Positions 19,324-30,251 of a stretch of DNA of 64,000 nucleotides are shown here, piece after piece (position 1 is the first letter of the stretch; the number at the start of each line of letters is the position of its first letter). The position numbers and the translations under genes were made by a program. The stretch is taken from the sequence record MK799832.1; one strand, given 5' to 3'. The notes beneath the pieces are model-generated. The model was given only the letters and a program-made list of their open reading frames with translations, searched no databases and was not told the DNA's origin.

Positions 19324-20259
19324 ATGGGACTGAGTTTAAGAGGACAAACTTCTGGAGCAGTTGATATCAACGCTCCAGCTGTAGCTGGTGATAATACTAT
19401 CACACTACCAAATGGAAATGGTAGTGCCAATCAGTTCTATAAGAACAGTACCACAGCTGGTATTGTAACTCATTCCTCAATGATTGAGTTGGCTAATGGG
19501 CGCGTTGGTGTTGGTACCACCAATCCATCAGAGACATTAACACTTAATCATGCTGATGGTGCTAGTATTGGATTGGAATATGGTGGAATTGAGAATGGAA
19601 CTATAAATGTAAATAGCGCCGCAATGTATGTGCGTGCTGGAAGTAACAGACAGTTAATAATTGGAGCTGATGGAACAGAAGGTGCTCGATTTAATTCAAA
19701 TAATGGTTTTGGTATCAATGCCACCACAATTCCTGCTGGTGTTAATGTTGCAGTTGGTGGTACTATCAGAGTACAAGATACCGCAAACTCAGCACAGTAT
19801 CTGACTATTAATCATCAAGGTATTGACTTCCAGAACACTGGTGCTGGTAGTGCAGGTGGTGTAACTGCACATACTCTTGATGATTATGAAGAAGGTGAAT
19901 GGACTCCTACAATTGCTACAGAAAGTGGGTCAAATTACACTTTGGATATAGCAAGAGGGCATTATGTTAAAGTTGGTAAATTAGTTTATGTGATGTTTCA
20001 ATGTAGATTTACTGCTGAAGGTAGTGGAACAATTACCGTTATTAGTATGCCATTTGCTAGAGCAACAAATCATCATACTATTTTGAATGGATATGTAAGT
20101 GATGGTAATAATAGAATGTCAATTCAGTACACTAATTACACTTCTGCTTCTGTTTTACCAAGACTTGATTCTGACACTCAAATAAATTATTGGACTTCAA
20201 GAGCTAGTTGGGCACCAACAAACACATTTGTTGGAACTGGGTGCTATGAAACTACTTGA
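19324..20259 (+). CDS. Tail fibre-like protein
   Basis: GRVGVGTTNP repeat; QGIDF...LDDYEEGEWTP...YVKVGKLV module. Confidence 0.75.
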   Translation: MGLSLRGQTSGAVDINAPAVAGDNTITLPNGNGSANQFYKNSTTAGIVTHSSMIELANGRVGVGTTNPSETLTLNHADGASIGLEYGGIENGTINVNSAAMYVRAGSNRQLIIGADGTEGARFNSNNGFGINATTIPAGVNVAVGGTIRVQDTANSAQYLTINHQGIDFQNTGAGSAGGVTAHTLDDYEEGEWTPTIATESGSNYTLDIARGHYVKVGKLVYVMFQCRFTAEGSGTITVISMPFARATNHHTILNGYVSDGNNRMSIQYTNYTSASVLPRLDSDTQINYWTSRASWAPTNTFVGTGCYETT

Positions 20260-20303
20260 TAAATACTTACGCCTAACCCTGTTTAATTCGGAGGATTATC
20301 CTA

Positions 20304-20591
20304 ATGGCACTTTCTGAAAGAAGCGAAAACGACAAGATTGAAGTTGTTGGTTCATTTAAAGCAATTCAAGTACGCAGAGCTGATATCGTTGAGAGAGACG
20401 GTACAGAGATTGCACGTACTTTCCATCGTCATTGTCTGATGCCTGGTTCAGTTGATGCAGACGACAACTGGACTGATACTGACATCAGTGGTGAAGGTGC
20501 AGACGTTCAAGCAATTTGTAACGCTGCATGGACACAAGAAGTCAAGGATGCATATAAGGCACACCTGATTGCTACCAGAGACGCACTCTGA
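20304..20591 (+). CDS. Putative tail-fibre assembly chaperone
   Basis: Small acidic ORF (IQVR...DGTEIARTFHRH...CNAAWT) directly after a fibre gene. Confidence 0.55.
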   Translation: MALSERSENDKIEVVGSFKAIQVRRADIVERDGTEIARTFHRHCLMPGSVDADDNWTDTDISGEGADVQAICNAAWTQEVKDAYKAHLIATRDAL

Positions 20592-20614
20592 TAAATACCT
20601 AAAAAGATATTGAG

Positions 20615-20920
20615 ATGAGTATTCTAAAGACTAATAACCTAGAGCATTTAGATGCTTCCTCCCCTAATATCACTCTTGGGATTGGGGGAGGTATCAATGT
20701 CTCTGGTGTTGTAACTGCTACAGCATTTAAGTATGATGGTCGTGATTTAGTCGGTGCAGTTGGTGCTGGTACTGATAGAATTTTTTATGAGAATGATTTG
20801 ACAGTGACTACCAGTTACAGTATCACCACAGGGCGTAATGCCATGACAGCTGGTCCTATCAATGTTGCATCTGGTGCCACTGTCACAGTCAATTCAGGTT
20901 CAGTTTGGAGTGTAGTATAA
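20615..20920 (+). CDS. Small virion/fibre-associated protein
   Basis: IFYEND..VT.SYSITTGRNAMTAGPI motif typical of fibre accessory ORFs. Confidence 0.55.
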   Translation: MSILKTNNLEHLDASSPNITLGIGGGINVSGVVTATAFKYDGRDLVGAVGAGTDRIFYENDLTVTTSYSITTGRNAMTAGPINVASGATVTVNSGSVWSVV

Positions 20921-21534
20921 TGACTGTAAGAATTAGCGGAACAAATACTACAGCAGCACCTGGTTTTCAGGGTGGTGATTCAGACACAGGTATCAGACCT
21001 GGCACTAATGAAATTGAATTTGTAACTGGTGGTAGTGTAGCTGCAACGTTTAATAGTAGTGGTAATTTAGTATTTCCAGATACTCAAGGTATTGACTTCT
21101 CTGCTGCTTCAGGGTCTGCTGCTGGTAGTACTTCTGCAATTCTTGATGATTATGAGGAGGGCACTTTTACACCATCATTTTTAAACGGCACTTTCACATA
21201 CGGATCTAGTTTATCAGGTCTATACACAAAAATTGGTAATCAAGTTACTGCACACTTTCAGATTCCTTGGACTGCTAAATCAGGTAGTGGAACGTTGGGA
21301 GTTGTATTACCTTTTGTTTCAGGAGGTGATCTCACTAATAGATATTGTGGTACTTTTGGATATGTAAGTGGTGTAGACACTATGAGTAACCGCCAAATAG
21401 TTGCCACAGTCACCGGCACTGGTAATAATTTTGTTGTATATGTTCTCGGTGACAACGCTTCCCCTGATGCTTCACTTGTCGAAAATATGTCGTCAACGGG
21501 GGAGCTTCAAGCAACCATCACTTTTATAGTTTAA
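20920..21534 (+). CDS. Tail fibre-like protein
   Basis: GNLVFP..QGIDFS...LDDYEEGTFTP...YTKIGNQV module; ATG overlaps upstream stop. Confidence 0.7.
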   Translation: MTVRISGTNTTAAPGFQGGDSDTGIRPGTNEIEFVTGGSVAATFNSSGNLVFPDTQGIDFSAASGSAAGSTSAILDDYEEGTFTPSFLNGTFTYGSSLSGLYTKIGNQVTAHFQIPWTAKSGSGTLGVVLPFVSGGDLTNRYCGTFGYVSGVDTMSNRQIVATVTGTGNNFVVYVLGDNASPDASLVENMSSTGELQATITFIV

Positions 21535-21595
21535 ACTTATTTCTGAACAGTTGATAACGATAATAAATATATAATAAGAATGGAGGTTCATTAAA

Positions 21596-22183
21596 ATGCC
21601 AGTTAGGTTAAATGGTGCCACATCTGGATATACAGAGTTGAGTGCACCAGCTGTTGCTGGTATCACTACAATGACGATGCCCACTGCAAGTGGAACTCTT
21701 GATCGCCTTGAACGTTCTGGAAATATTTTGCAGGTTGTTCAGAATACGTTTACCTCAACAACAAATAGCACTTCCACTTCTTTTGTTGATACAGGGTTAT
21801 CAGTAACCATAACCCCCACATCTTCTAGTAGTAAAATTTTTATTATGACTTCATTTTTGTTTGGTCAAAGAAGAACATCTAATTTGACTCAAGACCATAT
21901 GAAGTCTTTTACTTTATTAAGGGGATCTACTAATATTGCTCCTGCTAACAATTCATTTTTTCAGGCACAAAATCAGGCCTCGGGTAGTATAAATTTTGCT
22001 GAACAAACTCAAGTCTGTGCTATTAACTATCTTGATAGTCCTTCTACAACCAGTGCAACTACATACAAGGTTCAAATGAAGACAGACAATTCAGCTGTGA
22101 TTATATGGTTCAACTCCCGAGGTAATGGGGATGGTGATCATCCTGGGACTAGTACAATAATTGCTATGGAGGTTGCAGCATGA
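21596..22183 (+). CDS. Tail fibre-like protein
   Basis: GNILQVVQ...DTGLSVTITPTSSSSKI...YLDSPSTTSATTYKVQ module. Confidence 0.7.
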   Translation: MPVRLNGATSGYTELSAPAVAGITTMTMPTASGTLDRLERSGNILQVVQNTFTSTTNSTSTSFVDTGLSVTITPTSSSSKIFIMTSFLFGQRRTSNLTQDHMKSFTLLRGSTNIAPANNSFFQAQNQASGSINFAEQTQVCAINYLDSPSTTSATTYKVQMKTDNSAVIIWFNSRGNGDGDHPGTSTIIAMEVAA

Positions 22184-22503
22184 CTAGGGATTTAGCAATT
22201 AGAGCAGTACATACAAACGTCGTTACTGTTTACGATGGTAATCGTGCATATGACGCAAACGGAGCAGAAGTTACATTAGATGAGAGTCTAATTGAAGCAA
22301 AAATAACTGAGTTAGATATTTCAAACAAATGGAGTGAATTACGTAAAGAACGTAATCGTCTTCTGGCTGAAACTGACTACTTGGCATTGTCGGATTTGAC
22401 ACTGAGTGCCGAAATGACAACTTATCGTCAGGCATTGAGAGATCTTCCATCAAATACATCAGATCCAGCCAATCCAACATGGCCTACTAAACCAGGAAGC
22501 TAA
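22180..22503 (+). CDS. Tail assembly chaperone
   Basis: WSELRKERNRLLAETDY...YRQALRDLP...WP motif. Confidence 0.8.
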   Translation: MTRDLAIRAVHTNVVTVYDGNRAYDANGAEVTLDESLIEAKITELDISNKWSELRKERNRLLAETDYLALSDLTLSAEMTTYRQALRDLPSNTSDPANPTWPTKPGS

Positions 22504-22505
22504 CC

Positions 22506-23726
22506 ATGAGTACCTTAAGAGTTTACAATATAGAAAACCCTTCCACCGCAGCAGGTGGTATTGGTATTGCAACTGATGGTTCAGTGACTGTTGGTGGTCT
22601 TCAATATCCTACTGCTGGTCCATTAAGTAATCGCAACTTGATCATCAATGGGGCGATGCGGGTAGCGCAAAGAGGGACAACTAGCACGTCAGGAGGTTAT
22701 CAAACTGTTGACCGAATGGACGTGCAGTTCGGGCAAGGCTCTCATACACAAAGCCAGGAAACGCTAGCAACTTCTGACAAGCCATTTACAGAAGACGGTC
22801 ATAGTCATTTTCTAAGGGTAACAAATACAACTGGGTCCACTGCAGCCGCTGCTTATAGAGGCCCTTCAACCATATTAGAAGCGCAAGATATTGCTTCTAG
22901 CGGTTGGAATTACAAAAGTGCATCAAGCTTTATTACTTTAAGCTTTTGGGTTAGGGCAAGCGTTAGTCAAGAATTTTACGCAAGCTTAGCAACATTTGAC
23001 GGCACAGGTCAAAATTATGTTTTTTCTTTTACACCAGCGGCTGGTACTTGGACAAAAGTAACCAAGTCAATTCCAGGAAATTCAAATCTGCAATTTGATT
23101 TAGACAACGGTCCAGGTCTAAAGATTAGCATTTCAGCTTTTTGGGGCACAAACTGGACAGCCTCATCGACTACCACTGATTCTTGGCAAACTTTTACAAG
23201 CACCGAACGATTCCCTGATTTTGCCACTACTTGGGCAAGCACTGATGGTGCAACCTTCGACCTTACTGGAATCCAACTAGAATTAGGTTCCAAGGCTACA
23301 CCTTTCGAACATCGGAGTTATGGTGATGAGCTTGCAAGATGTCAGCGTTATTTTTATACCCATTTAGGTACTGACGCTACTGCTGACGGAATCGGAACTG
23401 GATCAATTTGGACTACTAACCAGATATATATAGCCGTTCATCATCCAGTAACGATGAGATCAACACCCGTCTTTAGTAATAATATATCTGCATCAACACC
23501 TGGATTTATCCGTGTATTTTCTGCTGGAGTGGCTAGTTTTAACCAAACTGGTTCTACTTTTGGTACACAAAGATGCGGAACAAATTGCTCTATAGTTTAC
23601 TTGTCGGATTTTTATGACAATGCAAATGGCACTGGAGGTAGTGTTGTTACATATACTGCAGGAGATGCAGGATGGCTCGAAGTATACAATGATGACTTAA
23701 GAATGGATTTTAGTGCAGAATTATGA
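22506..23726 (+). CDS. Tail fibre-like protein with carbohydrate-binding-type domain
   Basis: NRNLIINGAMRVAQRG...DRM...TLSFWVRAS...LTGIQLELGSKATPFEHRSYGDELARCQRYF. Confidence 0.75.
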   Translation: MSTLRVYNIENPSTAAGGIGIATDGSVTVGGLQYPTAGPLSNRNLIINGAMRVAQRGTTSTSGGYQTVDRMDVQFGQGSHTQSQETLATSDKPFTEDGHSHFLRVTNTTGSTAAAAYRGPSTILEAQDIASSGWNYKSASSFITLSFWVRASVSQEFYASLATFDGTGQNYVFSFTPAAGTWTKVTKSIPGNSNLQFDLDNGPGLKISISAFWGTNWTASSTTTDSWQTFTSTERFPDFATTWASTDGATFDLTGIQLELGSKATPFEHRSYGDELARCQRYFYTHLGTDATADGIGTGSIWTTNQIYIAVHHPVTMRSTPVFSNNISASTPGFIRVFSAGVASFNQTGSTFGTQRCGTNCSIVYLSDFYDNANGTGGSVVTYTAGDAGWLEVYNDDLRMDFSAEL

Positions 23727-23768
23727 TCATGTACAAAATTTACATTGACAATTAAAGGAGTTCAATTA

Positions 23769-23933
23769 ATGTATAAAATTCACAATAACAATCAAGGGGA
23801 GCAAATTGGAGTTGTTTATCAAAGAAATAATTTTAAATTTTACGTTCCGAATGACGAGAACAACTCCGAATACCAGAGATATCTAGAATGGGTCGCTGAA
23901 GGCAACACACCATTACCTGCTGACTCTGAATAA
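23769..23933 (+). CDS. Small fibre chaperone-like protein
   Basis: VPNDENNSEYQRYLEWVAEGNTPLPAD motif. Confidence 0.65.
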   Translation: MYKIHNNNQGEQIGVVYQRNNFKFYVPNDENNSEYQRYLEWVAEGNTPLPADSE

Positions 23934-23952
23934 ATAACTAAAAAGTTTCACA

Positions 23953-25254
23953 ATGTCTAGAGTAAGAGCTGACAGATATACTGATAGGGCAGGAACTGGA
24001 TCACCCACATTCTCTGAGGGTGTGAATGTTATTGGTATCTCCAGTCTCGGTATTACGACTGTGACTGGAGTTGGTCAGACTGCTCTGACAGTAAATGGAG
24101 ATGCAAGAATCACTGGAGTTCTGACAGTTGGTCAGGGTTCAGTTACGATTGGTAGTACCAATATTACCACTGAATACATTAATGACTTACAATATCCTAC
24201 CAATGGACCTTTAAGTAACCGTAATATTATTATTAACGGCGGGATGCAGGTTGATCAGAGAAATAATGGTATTACTAGTACAGCATCAGCCAGTGCCGAA
24301 TATTGTATTGACAGGTTTACAATTCAAGCCAATGTTGGTACTGGACATACTACAATTCAAAGTAATGATGCTCCTGATGGATTTGGTCACTCATTAAGAC
24401 TAGAAGTAGGAAGTGGGAGTTCTCCTGGAGCAGATGATTTTGGTAGATTATATTATAGTATTGAAGGATATGATGTTAACTGTCTGAACTTAGGTACAGC
24501 AGAGGTTGAAGCATTTACATTATCTTTTTATGTTAAATCATCACTAAGTGGAACATTTGGTGGTACTATTAAAGACGAGGGTGCACCTAGTGCAACCTAC
24601 ACATTTTCCTACACTGTAAGTGCAACAAATACTTGGGAACGTCATACAGTCACAGTACCTGCAGGAACATTTACAAGTGGAACATATCAAACTCAAACTG
24701 GTCGTGGATTATTAGTATCATGGGATTTGGGAGAAGGGGCAAATAGAAGTTTATCAACTGGATATAGTACAATTGCTCCTGGGGGTCAACTGGGATTGAC
24801 GGGTGGTGTAAAAGTTTTAGAAACTACAGGTGCAACTTGGTTATTGACTGGTGTGCAACTAGAAAGAGGTACAAGAGCAACACCTTTTGAGCATAGGACA
24901 TATTCAGAAGAATTATTAAAATGTCAGCGATATTTTCTAAAGATTAGAAATCTTTCAAACGGTCAAGCAAGAACAATGATAATGGGTGCTTATAATGCTA
25001 CAAGAGCATTTGGTGGAATTCCATTACCAACTATGAGAATTGATCCTACAACAACTTTTAATAATATGAGACTTGAAGAACTTGATTTGACTGGATCAAG
25101 TGTTATGACAAAGTTTTATACTTATACAACCCAACCAGATGGTTGGATGACAGGAATGGAGGCGAATGTAGCCTCTGGATTAGTTGGTAACGTATCATAT
25201 TATGTGAGATTTACTGACGAAACTTCCTTTGTAGCCTTCGACGCCGATTACTAA
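23953..25254 (+). CDS. Tail fibre-like protein, paralogue of 22506-23726
   Basis: NRNIIINGGMQVDQR...TLSFYVKSS...LTGVQLERGTRATPFEHRTYSEELLKCQRYF. Confidence 0.75.
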   Translation: MSRVRADRYTDRAGTGSPTFSEGVNVIGISSLGITTVTGVGQTALTVNGDARITGVLTVGQGSVTIGSTNITTEYINDLQYPTNGPLSNRNIIINGGMQVDQRNNGITSTASASAEYCIDRFTIQANVGTGHTTIQSNDAPDGFGHSLRLEVGSGSSPGADDFGRLYYSIEGYDVNCLNLGTAEVEAFTLSFYVKSSLSGTFGGTIKDEGAPSATYTFSYTVSATNTWERHTVTVPAGTFTSGTYQTQTGRGLLVSWDLGEGANRSLSTGYSTIAPGGQLGLTGGVKVLETTGATWLLTGVQLERGTRATPFEHRTYSEELLKCQRYFLKIRNLSNGQARTMIMGAYNATRAFGGIPLPTMRIDPTTTFNNMRLEELDLTGSSVMTKFYTYTTQPDGWMTGMEANVASGLVGNVSYYVRFTDETSFVAFDADY

Positions 25255-25255
25255 A

Positions 25256-25624
25256 ATGTATAAAATTATAGAACAAAATTTAAAGGTAATTCAACTTATC
25301 TCCAAAAACGCATTTTTTAAAGTAGGAGATAATCGTTATTTCAAGAAATTTCTTGAAGATGTATCGAATGATGGATTAGGTATAGTTGAAGGACCTGATG
25401 TCATTGAACCTTCTTATTCTGAACTTAGACGACAAGAATATCCATCCCGTGAGGATCAATTCGATATGCAGTTCCATGATCAAGTAAATGGGACAACAAC
25501 ATGGAAAGATACTATTCAAGCAATCAAAGATAAGTATCCAAAGACCATCACTGGTGGAACTTCTATCGGTCCAATTCCTGATTGGGTTCAAGAAGAAGTT
25601 GATAAGTACAATTCTTCTCTCTAA
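25256..25624 (+). CDS. Fibre chaperone-like protein
   Basis: RRQEYPSREDQFDMQFHD...WKDTIQAIKDKYPK. Confidence 0.6.
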   Translation: MYKIIEQNLKVIQLISKNAFFKVGDNRYFKKFLEDVSNDGLGIVEGPDVIEPSYSELRRQEYPSREDQFDMQFHDQVNGTTTWKDTIQAIKDKYPKTITGGTSIGPIPDWVQEEVDKYNSSL

Positions 25625-25643
25625 ATAACTAAAAAGTCTTCAG

Positions 25644-26606
25644 ATGTCTAGAATAAGAGCCAATAACATTGTCAATGGTGCTGGTACTGGAGCTCCTACA
25701 TTTCCTAATGGTGCAGTCATCAGTGGAATTGCAACAATAAATGCTGATATTGATTCGAATAGTAATATTACTGTGAATCAGATTACATCATTACAATCAC
25801 TTGGAGTCGGTACTGGAGCAACTGTTACTAACCCTGCTGATAATGAACTCGCATTTAATACTAATGGAACTGAGAGAGTTCGTGTAGATTCAAGTGGCAA
25901 TGTTGGCATTAATACAACTCCTTCATATGCCCTGGATGTAAATAGTGCTGCCATTCAGATTGGAAACTCTACAGACGCATTTATTCAGTATAAATCAACA
26001 GCAGGTAATTGGCACGCAGGAGCACACTCCGACAATGCTTTAGTGTTTTATAGTGGTACATATGGAACTGGCACTGAGAAAATGCGTCTCAACAGTGCTG
26101 GTAATTTAGTATTTCCTTCAGGACAAGGTATTGACTTCTCTGCCACTGGTGATGGTTCAGGAGTAGCATCATCTGAACTTTTTGATGATTATGAAGAAGG
26201 CTCTTGGTCACCTATATTTGCAGATTCTTCTGGTGCACAGGCAAGTCAAACGTATTCTGTCCAGAGAGGTAGATATGTTAAGGTTGGTAGACATTTGACC
26301 TGTACTTTTGATGTTCAATTGTCTGCTAAGGGTACGTTTGGGGGGTCTTATATAATCCTTGGTGGTTTACCTTATTCAACTACTCAGGGCTCGAACTGTG
26401 GTGGTACATTGACCATTGGTTACTATTCTGGATTTAGTTTACCTGCACAAGCAAATGTAATAAATGGTTATGTAAATTCAGGAAATGTGTATATTATGAC
26501 TCCTCGTGACGCTAATGGGTCAGACTATCTTACAACTGGTGAAGTTTCACAAATAAATAATGATTCTAGACTGATTGGTACTATTAATATAATGTTAGAT
26601 GTTTGA
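25644..26606 (+). CDS. Tail fibre-like protein
   Basis: TERVRVDSSGNVGINT repeats; QGIDFS...FDDYEEGSWSP...YVKVGRHL. Confidence 0.75.
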   Translation: MSRIRANNIVNGAGTGAPTFPNGAVISGIATINADIDSNSNITVNQITSLQSLGVGTGATVTNPADNELAFNTNGTERVRVDSSGNVGINTTPSYALDVNSAAIQIGNSTDAFIQYKSTAGNWHAGAHSDNALVFYSGTYGTGTEKMRLNSAGNLVFPSGQGIDFSATGDGSGVASSELFDDYEEGSWSPIFADSSGAQASQTYSVQRGRYVKVGRHLTCTFDVQLSAKGTFGGSYIILGGLPYSTTQGSNCGGTLTIGYYSGFSLPAQANVINGYVNSGNVYIMTPRDANGSDYLTTGEVSQINNDSRLIGTINIMLDV

Positions 26607-26770
26607 TATTATATTCATACCATAAGACCACTTGACAAACTGTCACACCTGACCTCCAGATGACCTCTGGGGGTCTTATAGTATGCTCAGTTACCTAAGG
26701 GAGATGACCACCACACACAAACTAATCTTCATCGCATCCTTTATGTGGATGATGAATTGGGGTACCAGAG

Positions 26771-27130
26771 TTGTCTATCAAGGATTGTCACATGCATTCT
26801 ATTGAAGTTGTCCCGTCATTTACACCTGTACCGTCTTGTAAACCCCTTCTAGAGTGGTTCATGACAGAATATCTGTCTGACCATAGTGTAGACCTTACAG
26901 TGGTCTATATGCCCCTATCTGATGAGGGTGTGACTGGATGGTGTATGAGGGAGAGTGACTATGAGTTTGTCATTCAAATAGATGAAAATCTAAGGGGTGA
27001 TGAACATGATAAAACTCTCTTACATGAGATGTATCATTGCATGCAACATCTGATGGGTATTCCACGATGTGAGATGTGTGCTAATCTATCAGAAAACTTG
27101 TTACTTGACAAGTACAACAATCAGGACTAG
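26771..27130 (+). CDS. Small HExxH putative zinc metalloprotein; exact start uncertain
   Basis: TLLHEMYHCMQH. Confidence 0.55.
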   Translation: MSIKDCHMHSIEVVPSFTPVPSCKPLLEWFMTEYLSDHSVDLTVVYMPLSDEGVTGWCMRESDYEFVIQIDENLRGDEHDKTLLHEMYHCMQHLMGIPRCEMCANLSENLLLDKYNNQD

Positions 27131-27159
27131 AATAGGCTTGTCCTGGAAGATGAGGATCC
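27105..27159 (+). promoter_or_regulatory. Sigma70-type promoter with conserved downstream box, copy 1
   Basis: TTGACA-N17-TAGAAT followed by AGGCTTGTCCTGGAAGATGAGGAT. Confidence 0.7.
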
Positions 27160-27176
27160 TTTAAGTTATTAAGACC

Positions 27177-29207
27177 ATGAAGACCAAGTTCATTTGTGTA
27201 CAACCAAAATCAAATAAAGCAAAGAACCGATTTGCAAATCTTATGAATGAACTACACAGTTGTCGTGTAGAACAAGAGAAAGAGGACAGTATGTTCCTGA
27301 GTTCTATTACTGGAAATTACAGTTTCTGGTTTCAAAAACAAAATGACCCTAATTGGATGGTGATCAAATGAATTACGAAGAAATTCGTAAGGAATTAGAG
27401 ACTTCAGAGATAGAGGGATGGAAGAAAAGATTTCATCCCTACCACAATGTAAAGAAGACTTACAAAAGGGTGGACCTATACTCTGAAATATGTAAATATT
27501 TCAACAATGAGTGTTGATTCCATGACAATGCCTAAGGGGAATGATCTCTCAAAGAAAGAGATTGATTCAATGGAAATTGCTGTCAAAGAGGCAAGTATCA
27601 CCGCCATTCATCCTGATCGGATGGAGGCATTCGCAGATTACCTTGTTCAAAAACTTCAAAATAATGAAACTCGACCCGAAACAAAAACTTGTGATTGCAC
27701 ATGCTCAAGTGGAAAATCTTCTTGCATTAACCGAGGAGATGGAGTATGAAAGTTATATTCAAAGTAAATTGTATAAACTCAAATATGAATTTGAACGTCA
27801 GATGAAATGTCTTGACATTTCTGTATAAATCAATTATAGTTTATGTAAAATTACAGGAGTAAATGAAGTACCTCTACACTGTGGATCATTATGTACCCTT
27901 TCCACAATCAGAATATGGTGGTTTATGGGTAGTCAGAGCATCTGATGATGAGGAATGTTTTGATTTGATTACATCAGCAGATAATGAGTTATATCCTGAA
28001 TTTTATGGTAAACTCAGGGAGAACATCAGTCATTCAAATAAATATGAATTGGTTGGTGATGCACCATCTGAAGTTGTAGAGAGTTTCCTAACATGACAAA
28101 AGAAAACGATCCCAACGATAAGTACGCAGAGTACGAAGTTGATTTTCACGCAAATGAACCTCATTCAGAAGATGAGGTAGACCCAAATTCAGGGAAGATT
28201 GATGATTGGCATGAACGTCACAAAGACAAACAATTAGATAGGTTTTGTGACACCCACCCCTCAGCTCCACAATGTAAAGTTTTCGATGACTGAACCTGAA
28301 AAACTTGCTCTCAGTCTTATGATTGAGAGTGTGTTAGAACCAGACTCAAAACTCCGTGTTTGTGCTCACGACGAAGGATGTTTTGAAGAATTGATGGAAT
28401 GGCGTCAGAAGATGCTTGACCTGCTCTATAGTTATGAAAAGAATGGAATTTCCCCACAAGGCACCTGAAGGTTTCAAATATGAGACCGACCAATTCTCAA
28501 AAACTGTAATTCGTATTTGGATTCGTAATTATAATTACGAATTCGTAGGATGTTCAGAACCACATCCTAAATCAGTGTGGGGTTTCTTTTGTCAAAAGAC
28601 TAAACAATTCAAAGCACCCATTCACAAAGACAAACCAGGTAAAATTGTAAAACCAGAAGACACAACACCGTATTCTGCCATGCAGTTGAACCTCAATCCA
28701 CTCATGTCAGCATTTCAATGAAAGACTTAGACCCTTCACAAATTACATTAGAATCACCATCTAAATCGTTTGCATACGAGAAGATTTCACGTGATATTGA
28801 TGAATGTAGTGATGTAGTAGTGTTAAAAGAAGCTCTTCGTTGTTACGTTAAACTATACTTCAAACAACAAGAAACAATTTCTCTTATTGGAGCACCAAAT
28901 ATCCACAATGAAAACATTTGATGTTCAGGTTAATGATTATGTGAAGTGGCATCACAATAATAACTGTGATGAAGGGTGGGTATATTTCAAGTGTGATGAT
29001 TATATTACCATTGAAGTTGGTGTCAAACCTAAACCCTATTGTAATATTGTCAAAAATAAGTTACACTGTAATGATCACATTCTAGTCGTCTGTCAATCAC
29101 AATTTTGGGATGAATTAGAATATATTAAAACGAGAGAATCTAAAGATGAAAATTCGCAATGTTTTGTTAGGACTATCACTGTTGATCGTCCCTCCAGCCA
29201 TGGCTAA
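27177..29207 (+). CDS. Run of small hypothetical early-type ORFs (27177-27371, 27507-, 27863-28096, 28093-28293, 28416-28721, 28718-28921, 28887-29207 and others)
   Basis: Tightly packed or overlapping 50-110 aa plus-strand ORFs with phage-like codon use; functions not recognised. Confidence 0.55.
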
Positions 29208-29817
29208 TGAGACAAAGATTACTAAAGGGTACAATACCATGGATGCCATGGGTTGTATGATTGTAAGAGAGTGCACAAAAGACGTGGATGAAGTCTTTAG
29301 TCTTCTCGATATTTCAAGTCAGTACCCTAACACTGAAGAATTTTCATCAGTTTCTCTTGAGTTTAATACTCTGTTGATGACACTGAATCAAATTGGTGTC
29401 AATGTATATCTAGCAGATCAAAAATATTTTCCAAAGAATCATCGTGGTGTATATCACACTGTAACTAATAATTTCTATCTGAATAAAGATTATATGGGTG
29501 ATCCAAGTGTCTTGATGCAGTTGATGAGACATGAAGGATGGCATGCTGCACAGGATTGTATGGCTGGAACAATCAAGAATAGTTTGATTGCAATTATTCT
29601 ACCTGAAGAAGATGTTCCTATGTTGTGGCGTGTGATGGTTGAACGTACCTATCCCGCATCCGCAGTGCCCTGGGAGGCAGAAGCACAATGGGCAGGACGT
29701 ACTGAAGGAATGACACAAAAAGCATTGACTGCTTGTGCCAAAGGTAATATGTGGGAAACATATACACCAACACCAAAGACTAAAGAGTGGTTGTTAGAAA
29801 ATGGTTACATCAAATGA
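29146..29817 (+). CDS. Conserved cyanophage protein with signal peptide and HExxH motif
   Basis: N-terminal hydrophobic segment; RHEGWHAAQDC; WEAEA. Confidence 0.6.
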   Translation: MKIRNVLLGLSLLIVPPAMANETKITKGYNTMDAMGCMIVRECTKDVDEVFSLLDISSQYPNTEEFSSVSLEFNTLLMTLNQIGVNVYLADQKYFPKNHRGVYHTVTNNFYLNKDYMGDPSVLMQLMRHEGWHAAQDCMAGTIKNSLIAIILPEEDVPMLWRVMVERTYPASAVPWEAEAQWAGRTEGMTQKALTACAKGNMWETYTPTPKTKEWLLENGYIK

Positions 29818-30251
29818 TTCCAATTTATATTCAAGAACCAATTACTTGGAGAGAGATTGAAGTTCCACAAGAAATTATTCAACATTGTAGTGAATTTACT
29901 CAGTTAAATCCATACGATATTGATAATCCCACAGATAAACTTCGTCTTTTAGATTGTTATTGGTACAATATGAATTACTATAAAGATATTGTCGTCGTTC
30001 CTCCTGGTTGGTAATGTGGAGAATATGGTCACTTGCATTAGGTAGAAAAGATGGACGAACGGATCGGGAAGCTGATTATATCGCTGTCATTAGGACTGTG
30101 GTTTTTGTTACTTATTTCATCACAAACTGTTTTATTGTCGCTGGTGTCGCGCGTCACTGGAACTCAGTAGACAGTTGTAATTCTGGCACAATTCTCTTGA
30201 CACCTGCTCCTAAATAGACTATAGTCTTAAGGTAGTCAATCAGGAGTTCTC

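Larger units (their letters stand above)
17941..25636 (+). promoter_or_regulatory. T4-type late promoters, repeated as TAAATA(A/C)CTAAAAAG
   Basis: Copies at 17941, 19299, 20592, 23931 and 25622 (shorter TAAATAC at 20260), each just after a stop codon and 15-45 nt before an ATG. Confidence 0.75.

Noticed and set aside
17260-26606. Diversity-generating retroelement or invertase shufflon acting on the fibre genes
   Set aside because: No reverse transcriptase or recombinase seen, no long template/variable repeat pair differing at adenines, and all cassettes face the same way.
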